The translations under genes and the position numbers were made by a program. This document shows, piece by piece, positions 1-7,904 of a stretch of DNA of 64,000 nucleotides. Below the pieces are notes generated by a model that did no database searches, was not told where the DNA came from, and saw nothing but the letters and a program-made list of their open reading frames with translations. Positions within the stretch are counted from its first letter, which is position 1, and each line of letters starts with the position of its first letter. Source of the DNA: an uncultured Nitrospiraceae bacterium (GTDB taxonomy: Bacteria > Nitrospirota > Thermodesulfovibrionia > Thermodesulfovibrionales > Dissulfurispiraceae); the NCBI GenBank assembly GCA_963705105.1, contig CAVPIW010000017.1:53821-117820 (forward strand). Direction: 5' to 3'.

Positions 1-76
1 AGTGCGTCCCAGCCTTCTCACACAAGGAGAGCGCCTGCGCACAGAAGTAACAGTCCGGCATCAGGCCGCACAGATC

Positions 77-114
77 AAAAGAGGAGGGGCCGCGTGAGCG
101 GCCCCTCCTCTTTT
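77..114. terminator. Rho-independent terminator, bidirectional-looking
   Basis: AAAAGAGGAGGGGCCGC-GTGA-GCGGCCCCTCCTCTTTT: a perfect stem with A and T tails. Confidence 0.85.
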
Positions 115-156
115 CGTTTTCTCGTTTCTTTGCGCGCGTTGCGACTTTGATAGTAT

Positions 157-362
157 ACTTGTTCGTTGCATGGAAAGGAAGGGCGAAGCATTCCGAAAAC
201 AGTGTCAGTGTCAGTGTGAGTGTCAGTGTCGGAAAAGATGTCCAATTCTCCTGACATCCGCGTATGCCTCGTCTTTCGTTTTGATACAGGTGTCGCCGCA
301 GCAAGGTTTTCGGCGCATACACCCTTCCTTTCCAAAAAACGTATGCACCGATCGATAAGGTC
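157..362. repeat. Modular intergenic inverted-repeat element (GTGTCA-array left arm, GGTGTCGCCGCAGCAAGG right arm)
   Basis: Shares its end motifs with more than 15 other intergenic loci in the window. Confidence 0.8.
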
Positions 363-379
363 AACAAAGGAGGAACGGC

Positions 380-778
380 ATGAAGACACATCCCGTTGTC
401 TGGAGCATCGTTTTGAGCATTTTCATCCTGTTATTGCATCAGCCCGCCTTTGCCGAGGACCCGGCAAAGGATGCCAAGGCGGTTTTTGTGAAGCTCGTCA
501 ATGCGGCAAAGGCGAAAAACACGGCGGAGTTCAAGTCATACATCGCCAGAGAGGACCTCAAGGAGATGGAGAAGGAGGGCTTCGTCGACATGATGATGGA
601 CGTGATGGCCGAGGAAAACCCGGACCTTTTCAAGGCCGGCGTGAAAGAAAACCAGGTCATTTTTACGAAAGAAATCCAGAGGACGTCTCCGGAAGGGACC
701 TCGTCGGAAAAAACGACAGTCCGCATGCTCAAGGAAAACGGGCAGTGGAAGTTCGGAAAACCACGGGCCTCCGAATAG
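380..778 (+). CDS. Exported hypothetical protein, possibly NTF2-like/DUF4878-like
   Basis: AGGAGG RBS, signal peptide ending AFA, C-terminal MLKENGQWKF motif. Confidence 0.75.
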   Translation: MKTHPVVWSIVLSIFILLLHQPAFAEDPAKDAKAVFVKLVNAAKAKNTAEFKSYIAREDLKEMEKEGFVDMMMDVMAEENPDLFKAGVKENQVIFTKEIQRTSPEGTSSEKTTVRMLKENGQWKFGKPRASE

Positions 779-798
779 GGTCCCATCCCCGCGGAGGT

Positions 799-1163
799 TA
801 CTTTGTCGTTGCATAGAAGGGCGGGGAGAAGCTCTCTGAAAGACAGTGTCAGTGTGAGTGACAGTGTCGGTGTCACTACTGCTTCCTCCGGGAAGGCAGA
901 TATGGGTCAAAGCCTTTCCAATGCGATGATGAGACATCTCAAGGCGTTCAATGCCCGTTGCCTCACGGGCATTTGGTATCGACAGACACGGCAAAGGGTG
1001 GTCTGGGGACAGATAAGGTATCTTAGCGGAATGGCTTTTCACCACATCAGCCTCCCCGTCAGTTGGTCGTGGCCTTTTTCCGACTACTGATTACTGCCTA
1101 TGGTCTACTGTTCAGTGGCGCATACGCCCCGCCCTTCCCGGAAGTGTATTGCAGCGATAAGGG
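799..1163. repeat. Composite intergenic repeat: GTGTCA arm, about 170-bp module B, partial right arm
   Basis: Module B (CCGGGAAGGCAGATATGGGTCAAAGCC...GGCTTTTCACCACATCAGCC) recurs at 33184-33358 (-) and 49378-49552 (+). Confidence 0.8.
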
Positions 1164-1202
1164 TTACATGGCGGCCAAGACAACATTCCATCCGGAGGGT
1201 TT

Positions 1203-2009
1203 ATGAAAACACGTTTGGCAGTGATGGTGATTTGCGCGATGGTCTGGGCCGTGTCCGCCGGTGCGGCGACGGGGGCCGGTCATGACGCCGGCTCTTCCTG
1301 CGCAGGATCGACGATCCCTGATCAGCCCGGATCGATCCTGCTCGCGCAGGGAAAACCCCTGAGCGGGAGTGTTCTCGAACAGGCCTGCAGGGCCTATGCG
1401 GACCAGGGAATGAAGGACTCGCAGCAATGGGAACAGCGCAGGTGTCGCGAAAAGCTCAATATCGCGCCCCAGCTCTTCACGACGGAATACAAATCCCACT
1501 ACACGCGGTGCATGTCATCGGTTGGCACATCGATCGAGAGCGACAACGCCACGCGGCAGGACTATCTCAGGCGGTGCGGTGCGGGCTCGACGTCCGACCG
1601 TCCCACAGCCGTTCCCCCGCCGTCCACGTCCACTCCAACCGCAAAGCCCCCGACCCCTCCCCCTGCGACGGGGACCACGCCGGGAACGAGAACGCCCGGC
1701 GCCGACATCGGAAAGCCCGGCGCATGGGAGATAACGCTTCTCGACCTGAAGACCCTCAAGACCTACCGCTACGCATACTCGTTGACCTTCCGCGGGAACA
1801 ATTTCGAGGGGGTCTATCTCGATCCGGGAAACAACAAAAGCTCCTTCAGCGGCTTCATATCCCCGGACGGGTCCCGGATCGAGTACAGGCAGCAGGACAA
1901 CGACTACCAGGCGAACTTTGCCGGCAGAAAAACGGGGACGGGCAGGTTTGAAGGGGCGGTCTGCGATTCCAGGGGTAACCTCTTCACCTTTACGCTCAGG
2001 AAGAAATAG
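1203..2009 (+). CDS. Secreted hypothetical protein (Cys-containing helical domain, Pro/Thr linker, beta-rich C-terminal domain)
   Basis: GGAGG RBS, signal peptide, PPPSTSTPTAKPPTPPP linker. Confidence 0.75.
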   Translation: MKTRLAVMVICAMVWAVSAGAATGAGHDAGSSCAGSTIPDQPGSILLAQGKPLSGSVLEQACRAYADQGMKDSQQWEQRRCREKLNIAPQLFTTEYKSHYTRCMSSVGTSIESDNATRQDYLRRCGAGSTSDRPTAVPPPSTSTPTAKPPTPPPATGTTPGTRTPGADIGKPGAWEITLLDLKTLKTYRYAYSLTFRGNNFEGVYLDPGNNKSSFSGFISPDGSRIEYRQQDNDYQANFAGRKTGTGRFEGAVCDSRGNLFTFTLRKK

Positions 2010-3615
2010 GGGATTTCAGGAAACAGAAGGGATCGCGGTCGCTGAAGGCGTCGAGGCCGCAGCTTGACGTGACGGCAATGCAGCCGCCGCAGACGGGGCG
2101 GATCGCGCAGGAGCGGCATGCCGACGAACCGGAGCGGTAGCGCCGGGCGATCTCAGAATCGTAGATCTCGGTGAGACTCTGCTGAAAGGCGTTGCCGATC
2201 AGGGAAGGGAATTTCCTGCAGGCATGGACTTCGCCGTCCGGCAGGAGGGCGAAGAAGTTGAAGGCGGCGCCGCAGCCGTATCCCGTGCACCCCCCAAAAG
2301 GTTCCATGCCCCTTTCATGATACTTGATCCCGATGAGGTTGTCCTTGATCCCGAGAACGGGCAAGCGCCGGCGAGCCTCGAGATACTCGTCAAGAAAAGC
2401 GGAAAAACGCTCCTGTGACGGCAGGCTGAGCCGTGCGCCTTCTCCGACGAGGGCAAGGCGGTTGAAGGTGAAGAGGTCCGTCAGTCCCTGGAGCCGCTCA
2501 GCGAGCGAAATGACCTGGTCGATGTTATCCCTCGTCAGGGTCAGCATCACCATGGAGTATATGCCGAGCTCACGCAGGACCGGGAGAAACTCCATGACGC
2601 GGCGGTAGTGTCCCCGGCCCCTGATGAGGTCGTTCTGTTCCTCAAGTCCCTCGAGGCTCACCTGATAGTAGACGGGCCGGCGTATCGCGATGAGCGGCTC
2701 AATCTTCTCGCGGGGAGCGGGATTGCCGAGGATGGCGATCTCGAAGCCGAAGTCGGAGGCGGCCCTGTACACGTCGGTGAAATGGGGATACAGAAGGGGA
2801 TTGCCGCCTGTAAAGGAAACCTGCGCCCAGACATGCTTGCTCTCGCAGAAAGAGCGGAGGTCGCCGAGGATGCGCAGCGCCGCATCCCTGCTGAGGGGAG
2901 AGCGGTTGCTCCTGTCATAACAATGCCTGCAATGGAGATCGCAAGCCTGGGTGATGTGCCACTGCAGCGTGAAGGAGGGGGATGTCATAAATTCATCGTA
3001 TTGAGGCCCGAATCCGGAAAAGACGGCAGGGTCCCTCTGAATGAGGGACGGTGACGAGATGAGAATGGCCCTGCCTGCCGCCCGCTGAATGACAGCATCT
3101 ATATGACCGACGGGAATGCCAGCTTCCCGCGCAACATCCCCGGCATCGATGCCCTCGACAACCATTTTAACCGCCAGGAGATCCTCTTCAGTGGCGGCGC
3201 GGACAACGACGTCCCCTCCCGGGGTTTTCCAGACCATGACAAATTCTTCGCCGGCTTCAGGAACCCTGTCAATCCCCGTTGGAGCGACCAGCTCTGCCAG
3301 ATGTTTCCAGGGCAATGTAAGGAGCCTGAGCGTCGGGTTCACATCGGTCTGACTGAGCCGGTCCGGAGGCGGAGATGCCTGCCTCACCGACGCAACGGTC
3401 CATTCCAGGCGGGCGAGACCGGCGAGATAGGCCGGAATTTTCCGGTCGTCCGGAAATTTCGCGAGAAAAGCGATCAGTTCTTCAGCATCCGCTCCGGCAG
3501 GACAGGTCAGAATTGTGTCTGACCGTATCGCAGCGGGTAGGAGGGAGAGAAGAACGGGGTAGACGGACTCGAGTGGCACGTCTGTGTTCGATGCCTGAGC
3601 GCATTGCCCTGTCAT
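1996..3615 (-). CDS. sbtM: Radical SAM/SPASM peptide maturase, selenobiotic / thio(seleno)oxazole SbtM type
   Basis: CDLHCRHC radical SAM motif, SPASM cysteines (GGCTGYGCGAA...CRSCAIRPVCGGC), long N-terminal extension, adjacent Sec-containing precursor. Confidence 0.85.
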   Translation of the reverse strand: MTGQCAQASNTDVPLESVYPVLLSLLPAAIRSDTILTCPAGADAEELIAFLAKFPDDRKIPAYLAGLARLEWTVASVRQASPPPDRLSQTDVNPTLRLLTLPWKHLAELVAPTGIDRVPEAGEEFVMVWKTPGGDVVVRAATEEDLLAVKMVVEGIDAGDVAREAGIPVGHIDAVIQRAAGRAILISSPSLIQRDPAVFSGFGPQYDEFMTSPSFTLQWHITQACDLHCRHCYDRSNRSPLSRDAALRILGDLRSFCESKHVWAQVSFTGGNPLLYPHFTDVYRAASDFGFEIAILGNPAPREKIEPLIAIRRPVYYQVSLEGLEEQNDLIRGRGHYRRVMEFLPVLRELGIYSMVMLTLTRDNIDQVISLAERLQGLTDLFTFNRLALVGEGARLSLPSQERFSAFLDEYLEARRRLPVLGIKDNLIGIKYHERGMEPFGGCTGYGCGAAFNFFALLPDGEVHACRKFPSLIGNAFQQSLTEIYDSEIARRYRSGSSACRSCAIRPVCGGCIAVTSSCGLDAFSDRDPFCFLKSPISS

Positions 3616-3626
3616 TGTTATGAATA

Positions 3627-3843
3627 TACCCTGTAGTTGTATAAAAAGGCGGGGCGAAACGCCTCAAAGCCTTGCTGAAGGCGACGATACGCCTCGTCAG
3701 CTTCGTGTTTCAGGATTCCACTCTTTGTGTCATCGACCATTGGCGTATAGTTCATCTCTCGTTTTGATATAGGTGTCGCCGCATCAAGGTTTTCGGCGCA
3801 TACACCCCGCCTTTCCTGGGAGTGTGTTGCAACGATAAGGTAT
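3627..3843. repeat. MITE-like intergenic element, module A
   Basis: Imperfect terminal inverted repeats AAAGGCGGGG...CCTTGCTG and CAAGG...CCCCGCCTTTCC. Close copies at 6111, 31127 and 49575. Confidence 0.85.
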
Positions 3844-3956
3844 ACCTATGCCCGGACGATTTGTTTCGGGCGATGCCGCGGGCGGAATTCACCGGCGGCA
3901 TCGCCCTCTTTTCCGTCTAAGACCCCCGTCTTTATCGATTGCAGAACGAAACGAAT

Positions 3957-3973
3957 CCGTGCTTCCAGCACGG
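3957..3973 (-). promoter_or_regulatory. SECIS-like hairpin 3, lying just 3' of the precursor's TAA
   Basis: CCGTGCT-GGA-AGCACGG starts 15 nt after the UGA at 3991-3989. Confidence 0.75.
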
Positions 3974-4213
3974 TTACTTGGCGCCGCCTCAACCACTCTT
4001 GGCAGGCGGTTTCTCTTCGGTGGTGCCTCCAGCACCTTCCTTTTTCGCGCCTCAACCACTCTGGGCCGGTTTCTTCTCTTCAGTGGCGCTTCCAGCGCCG
4101 TCTTTCTTGCCCGCTCAGGCCGACGAGCAGCCGTAGAGCCCGAGGGTCGTGCCGGCCAGAAGACTGGCAATGCCGATTCCGGCGAGGACCTTCTTGAGAT
4201 GCTCCTTGTCCAT
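3974..4213 (-). CDS. sbtA: SbtA-family RiPP precursor with three selenocysteines (79 aa)
   Basis: AGGAAGGAGG RBS, then MDKEHLKKVLAGIGIASLLAGTTLGLYGCSSAUAGKKDGAGSATEEKKPAQSGUGAKKEGAGGTTEEKPPAKSGUGGAK-TAA. In-frame TGA at 4117-4115, 4054-4052 and 3991-3989. Directly upstream of the radical SAM gene. Confidence 0.85.
4022..4036 (-). promoter_or_regulatory. SECIS-like hairpin 2
   Basis: GGTGCT-GGA-GGCACC starts 15 nt after the UGA at 4054-4052. Confidence 0.75.
4085..4099 (-). promoter_or_regulatory. SECIS-like hairpin 1
   Basis: GGCGCT-GGA-AGCGCC starts 15 nt after the UGA at 4117-4115. Confidence 0.75.
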
Positions 4214-4356
4214 GTTGTCACCTCCTTCCTGTGGAGCGACGTGACTGCGATTTCGTTGAGAAGCGCAGGGCCTGTCCCTGCAATTTGTACTATAGATATT
4301 AACTATAAGATATTCATTATCTATAGCTCATTCTATCAACCATGGGGGAGATTGTC

Positions 4357-4627
4357 AACCTTATCGCTGCAATAGGACATCCGGAAAGGCGGGGCGAAGA
4401 TGCCGAAAAGCCCTGGTGCTGAGAAACCACGAAAAGGCCTATCCTCGCGCCAAGACGCCAAGGTCGCCAAGAACGGCAAATGCACAAGTGCATAAAATCT
4501 TTTTTTAGGATGAAGGTCTTTATCTTTCTTTGCGCTCTTTGCGGTTTTGCGTGAGAATAAACAATCATGCTCCCTATCAGCAAGGCTTTGAGGCACTTTG
4601 TTCCGCCTTTGCATGCACCGGAAGGTC
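4357..4627. repeat. Intergenic inverted-repeat element with a nested CGCCAAG / CTTTGCG short-unit repeat
   Basis: Left arm CCTTATCGCTGCA...GGAAAGGCGGGGCGAAGATGCCG; right arm CAGCAAGGCTTTGAGGCAC...CCGCCTTT. Confidence 0.75.
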
Positions 4628-4735
4628 AGCCTTGGGCGGGGAAGCGCGCGTGACGGGATATCGGAGGTTTAGAATGGCGGTGCGATCTCATCGGGGGGCA
4701 GGGGCGCGGCATGCCGCACCCCTGCCTGCATAAGC

Positions 4736-6028
4736 CTAATGCTTGAAGGCCCTCTGGCCGGTGAAGACCATGGTCACTTTCGGGTCCGCCTCGTTGCAGG
4801 CCTCGATGCACTCGAAATCCCTGTCCGACCCGCCGGGCTGGACGATCGCCGTAATGCCCTCCTTGATGCCCACGTCGACACCGTCCCTGAAGGGGAAGAA
4901 GGCATCCGAAACCATGGAGGAGCCGATCAGTCCGCCTCTCTGGTCCCGCGTTTCGTCATCGATCTCGGAAAGCGCCTCCTGGTCCCTCTTGCCGAGGATG
5001 ACCTCCAGTTCATAGGTCTTGTAGGGGATACCGTATTTCTTAAAGCAAAGGGCGTCGGCGTATTTTGTGTAGGCCTTGAACACTGCGATCTCCGCAACGC
5101 CGACACGGTCCTGCTCTCCTGTGCCGATGCCGGCGGTGACACCGTCTTTCACAAAAATGACCGAATTCGACGTGACTCCCTGTTCAACGCTCCAGCCGAA
5201 GATCATGTCATCGTATTCCCTTTCCGTCGGGGTCCTTTCGATGACATAGTCCTTGCCCTTGAAGGTCGCCTTTGCGGGCAGGAAATCCTCTTTGGACCGG
5301 ATCCTGTTCAGCGGAGACTGCTGGACGACGAAGCCGCCGTCGATGAGGGATTTGAAGTCGACGAACCTGAGTGTGCGGTACTTTTCGAGATCATATATCT
5401 TCTTCAGACGTATGATCCTGAGGTTCTTGCGCTGGGCCAGGATATTGACCGTCCCCTCCTCGTACTCCGGTGCCGCGACGACCTCGAGGTAGTTGGCGCT
5501 CACCATTTCGGCCGTTTCCTTGTCCATCGCCCGGTTGACGACGAGACAGCCTCCGAAGGCGGCGATCCGGTCGGCGTAATTGGCCTTGTAGTATGCGTCG
5601 GAGACCGATGTTCCGCAAGCGACGCCGCAGGGGTTGGTGTGTTTCATAATCGCGGCGGCAGGCCGGTCTGTCAGAAACTTCAGGATGTTCAGCGCGTTGT
5701 CCAGGTCGGTGAAGTTTATCTTGCCGGGGTGTTTACCGGCCTGGAGCATGTCGTCTTCGGTAATGCCGCTGACGAGGCCGTTGCCGGGGCTGATATACTC
5801 GCACTGTTTCAGAACGAGGCCGCCCTTGACGAGCTCGTAGATGGCGGCCTGCTGGTCGGGATTCTCACCGTAGCGGAGCCCTTTTTCGATGAGATCACCT
5901 GTCTTGTCATCCGGGATTTTCCAGGTCCTCTTCTTGTAGACAAGGGTCTGCTCTCCAAATGTCACGGTGATCTCGTCAGGGAAATCATCATCCATGATCG
6001 TCTTGTACATCTTCTTCAGTTCAGCCAT
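4736..6028 (-). CDS. purH: PurH-family AICAR transformylase / IMP cyclohydrolase-like protein lacking the classical N-terminal MGS-like domain
   Basis: LRYGENPDQ, KHTNPCG, SDAFFPFRDG, QPGGS and FTGQRAFKH motifs; AGGAGG RBS. Confidence 0.85.
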   Translation of the reverse strand: MAELKKMYKTIMDDDFPDEITVTFGEQTLVYKKRTWKIPDDKTGDLIEKGLRYGENPDQQAAIYELVKGGLVLKQCEYISPGNGLVSGITEDDMLQAGKHPGKINFTDLDNALNILKFLTDRPAAAIMKHTNPCGVACGTSVSDAYYKANYADRIAAFGGCLVVNRAMDKETAEMVSANYLEVVAAPEYEEGTVNILAQRKNLRIIRLKKIYDLEKYRTLRFVDFKSLIDGGFVVQQSPLNRIRSKEDFLPAKATFKGKDYVIERTPTEREYDDMIFGWSVEQGVTSNSVIFVKDGVTAGIGTGEQDRVGVAEIAVFKAYTKYADALCFKKYGIPYKTYELEVILGKRDQEALSEIDDETRDQRGGLIGSSMVSDAFFPFRDGVDVGIKEGITAIVQPGGSDRDFECIEACNEADPKVTMVFTGQRAFKH

Positions 6029-6110
6029 GGCTCCTCCTTGCACATGAATTAGCTGCGGTGAATAGCGTCCCTAATCATACCAGAGGGGAAAGAGGCGATG
6101 GAAGAGAATA

Positions 6111-6326
6111 TACCTTGTGTTGCACAGAAAGGCGGGGCGAAGCGCCTCAAAGCCTTGCTGAAGGCGACGATAAGCCTCGTCAGGTTTGTTTTTCAGGATT
6201 CCACTCTTTATGTGATCAACCATTAGCTTGAAAGGTTGTCTTTAGTGAAGGTTAAGGTGTCGCCGCATCAAGGTTTTCGGCGCATACACCCCGCCTTTCC
6301 GGAGACCCTATTGCAACGATAAGATA
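6111..6326. repeat. MITE-like intergenic element, module A
   Basis: Close copy of 3627-3843 and 31127-31342. Confidence 0.85.
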
Positions 6327-6358
6327 TAGTATCAGTGTGAGTGTCGGTGAAAGGAGGA

Positions 6359-6493
6359 TTATTTGTACAGCAGGGGATGGACGAGCCTCTCGTAGACCCT
6401 TGCGAGCCTGAAGGCCATGGTCTTCGGCATGAAGTTGCACATGCGGCAGTAGACATGCACGGAGTTCAGGCGGTGCTGCAGTCGATGCCTCAT
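6359..6493 (-). CDS. Small basic hypothetical protein (44 aa; 49 aa if it starts at TTG 6508)
   Basis: MRHRLQHRLNSVHVYCRMCNFMPKTMAFRLARVYERLVHPLLYK; high GC3 codon usage; below the ORF-track cutoff. Confidence 0.55.
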   Translation of the reverse strand: MRHRLQHRLNSVHVYCRMCNFMPKTMAFRLARVYERLVHPLLYK

Positions 6494-6644
6494 TTTTTGT
6501 CTCGTCAAGGCACATGCCCCCTTCTGCGGGCGATTAGCGGGCTCGGAAGTCCGGCTGATCGTGACCGCTATGTTATGCGGAGGGGGAGAGAAAAGGCAAT
6601 TTTAAAAATCTGATGAAAATATAAGATTTATTTATCATCACCGG

Positions 6645-7105
6645 CATCCAAAATAACCTGACACGAGCATAGGGCGCATGCAACGGTGGCTTTTCACCAC
6701 ATCAGCCTTCCCGTCAGGGTATTTGTCGTCTGGTTTCTATCATTGCCTACTGTCTATTGCCCACTCACCCCTGTCCAAAATATTGTGCAGCCGGACTTTG
6801 AAAACGAGGATGGGGTGTGGTTTCTGAAGCATAATTCACGGGTACCGTGAACGGCGGCGGGAGACGAAGGCGCAAGCCGCAGCGGGAGCCGCACAGTGTA
6901 CCTGTGAAGACATATGTTTTCATAACAAAGACATGTCCTTGAGGGAGGTAGTTTATTTTGCGAAGAAATCATGCCCTATCCTCGAGTCACATTATTTTGG
7001 ACACCAATGCTGGCTTCTGATTCGTCTTTCCTTTTGATACAGGTGTCGCCGCACCAAGGCTTTTCGGCATCTTCGCCCCGCCTTTCGGTCGGGCGTATGC
7101 AATGT
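6645..7105. repeat. Cluster of repeat modules (D fragment, B end, module C, module D, right arm)
   Basis: 6770-6923 closely matches the reverse complement of 31345-31501; 6941-7005 closely matches the reverse complement of 31048-31112. Confidence 0.8.
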
Positions 7106-7132
7106 TACGATAATTGTGGCATTATGTATAAC

Positions 7133-7300
7133 AGTTGACGGATTCGTAAAAAGTCGTCATACCCGCGAAGCTTGTCCTCGCGGATAGTAAGCGGGGAGCG
7201 GGTATCCAGATTACAAATAACTGCATGAAAGGACTGGATTCCCGTCTGCACGGGAATGACGGATAAGCCCCGCACAGGACTTTTTTCGAGGCCGACACAG
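7133..7300. repeat. REP-like palindromic element (CGTAAAAAGTC...GACTTTTT ends, inner GTCATACCCGCG / CGGGAATGAC palindromes)
   Basis: Visible inverted ends and a GGATTCCCG...CGGGAATGAC hairpin. Confidence 0.65.
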
Positions 7301-7334
7301 TTGTCTGCGATAGAGGGACTGGTTTCCGGAAGAC

Positions 7335-7904
7335 ATGGCGCGATCAAAGGACAGACAGGGTAAGAAGGGGAAAGGGACGGCGCCTGCCGGCGCTGCGAGG
7401 AGGTCCGGCGTTGCCCGGTTTGCCATTACCTACGTCATCCTTATGGGCATCTTCTTCCTGCTCATCGGTCTGAAACCGGTCCAGGATATTGTTGATCTGA
7501 ACGGTCTTTACACACAGGCCGTCGTTGCGGTCACATCGAAGGTGCTCGGCGTCCTTTCCGTCCCATGCGAGACCCTCGGGTCGGTGATCCGGCTTGAGTC
7601 GATCTCTCTCGACGTGCGTTTCGGCTGCAACGGGCTCGAGGCCGTTATGATCTATTCCGTGGCCGTGCTGGCCTATCCGGCGTCATGGCGGAAAAAACTG
7701 GCGGGCATCGCGGCCGGCTTTCTCGTGATCCAGATCATCAACATCCTTCGAATCGCTTCACTCGTCTATGCGGGAATTCACTTCAAGAGGTTCTTTGAAA
7801 TTATTCATCTCTATGTGGCCCAGGGCATCATGATCGCCGTGGCCCTCGCCGTTTTCTTCCTCTATCTTCATTATTTGCGGGAAAAAGGGACAGTCGATGC
7901 TTAG
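7335..7904 (+). CDS. xrtH: Exosortase H (IPTL-CTERM-specific)
   Basis: Short multi-TM protein with catalytic Cys (GCNG), Arg (NILRI) and His (IHLY), next to an IPTL-CTERM protein. Confidence 0.85.
   Translation: MARSKDRQGKKGKGTAPAGAARRSGVARFAITYVILMGIFFLLIGLKPVQDIVDLNGLYTQAVVAVTSKVLGVLSVPCETLGSVIRLESISLDVRFGCNGLEAVMIYSVAVLAYPASWRKKLAGIAAGFLVIQIINILRIASLVYAGIHFKRFFEIIHLYVAQGIMIAVALAVFFLYLHYLREKGTVDA

Noticed and set aside
200..230. GTGTCA/GTGTGA hexamer arrays and dispersed repeats as a CRISPR array
   Set aside because: There is no regular repeat-spacer periodicity and no cas gene. They are arms of dispersed inverted-repeat elements.
3848..4375. ORF-track calls 3848..4375 (+), 3889..4221 (-) and 3846..4055 (-)
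   Set aside because: These are shadow frames of the Sec-containing precursor. The RBS, family-like leader and hairpins all support frame 4213..3974.
4739..6052. Long antisense ORFs over purH, bamA/skp, lpxD, ribBA and others
   Set aside because: These are typical high-GC3 shadow ORFs opposite clearly recognisable genes.
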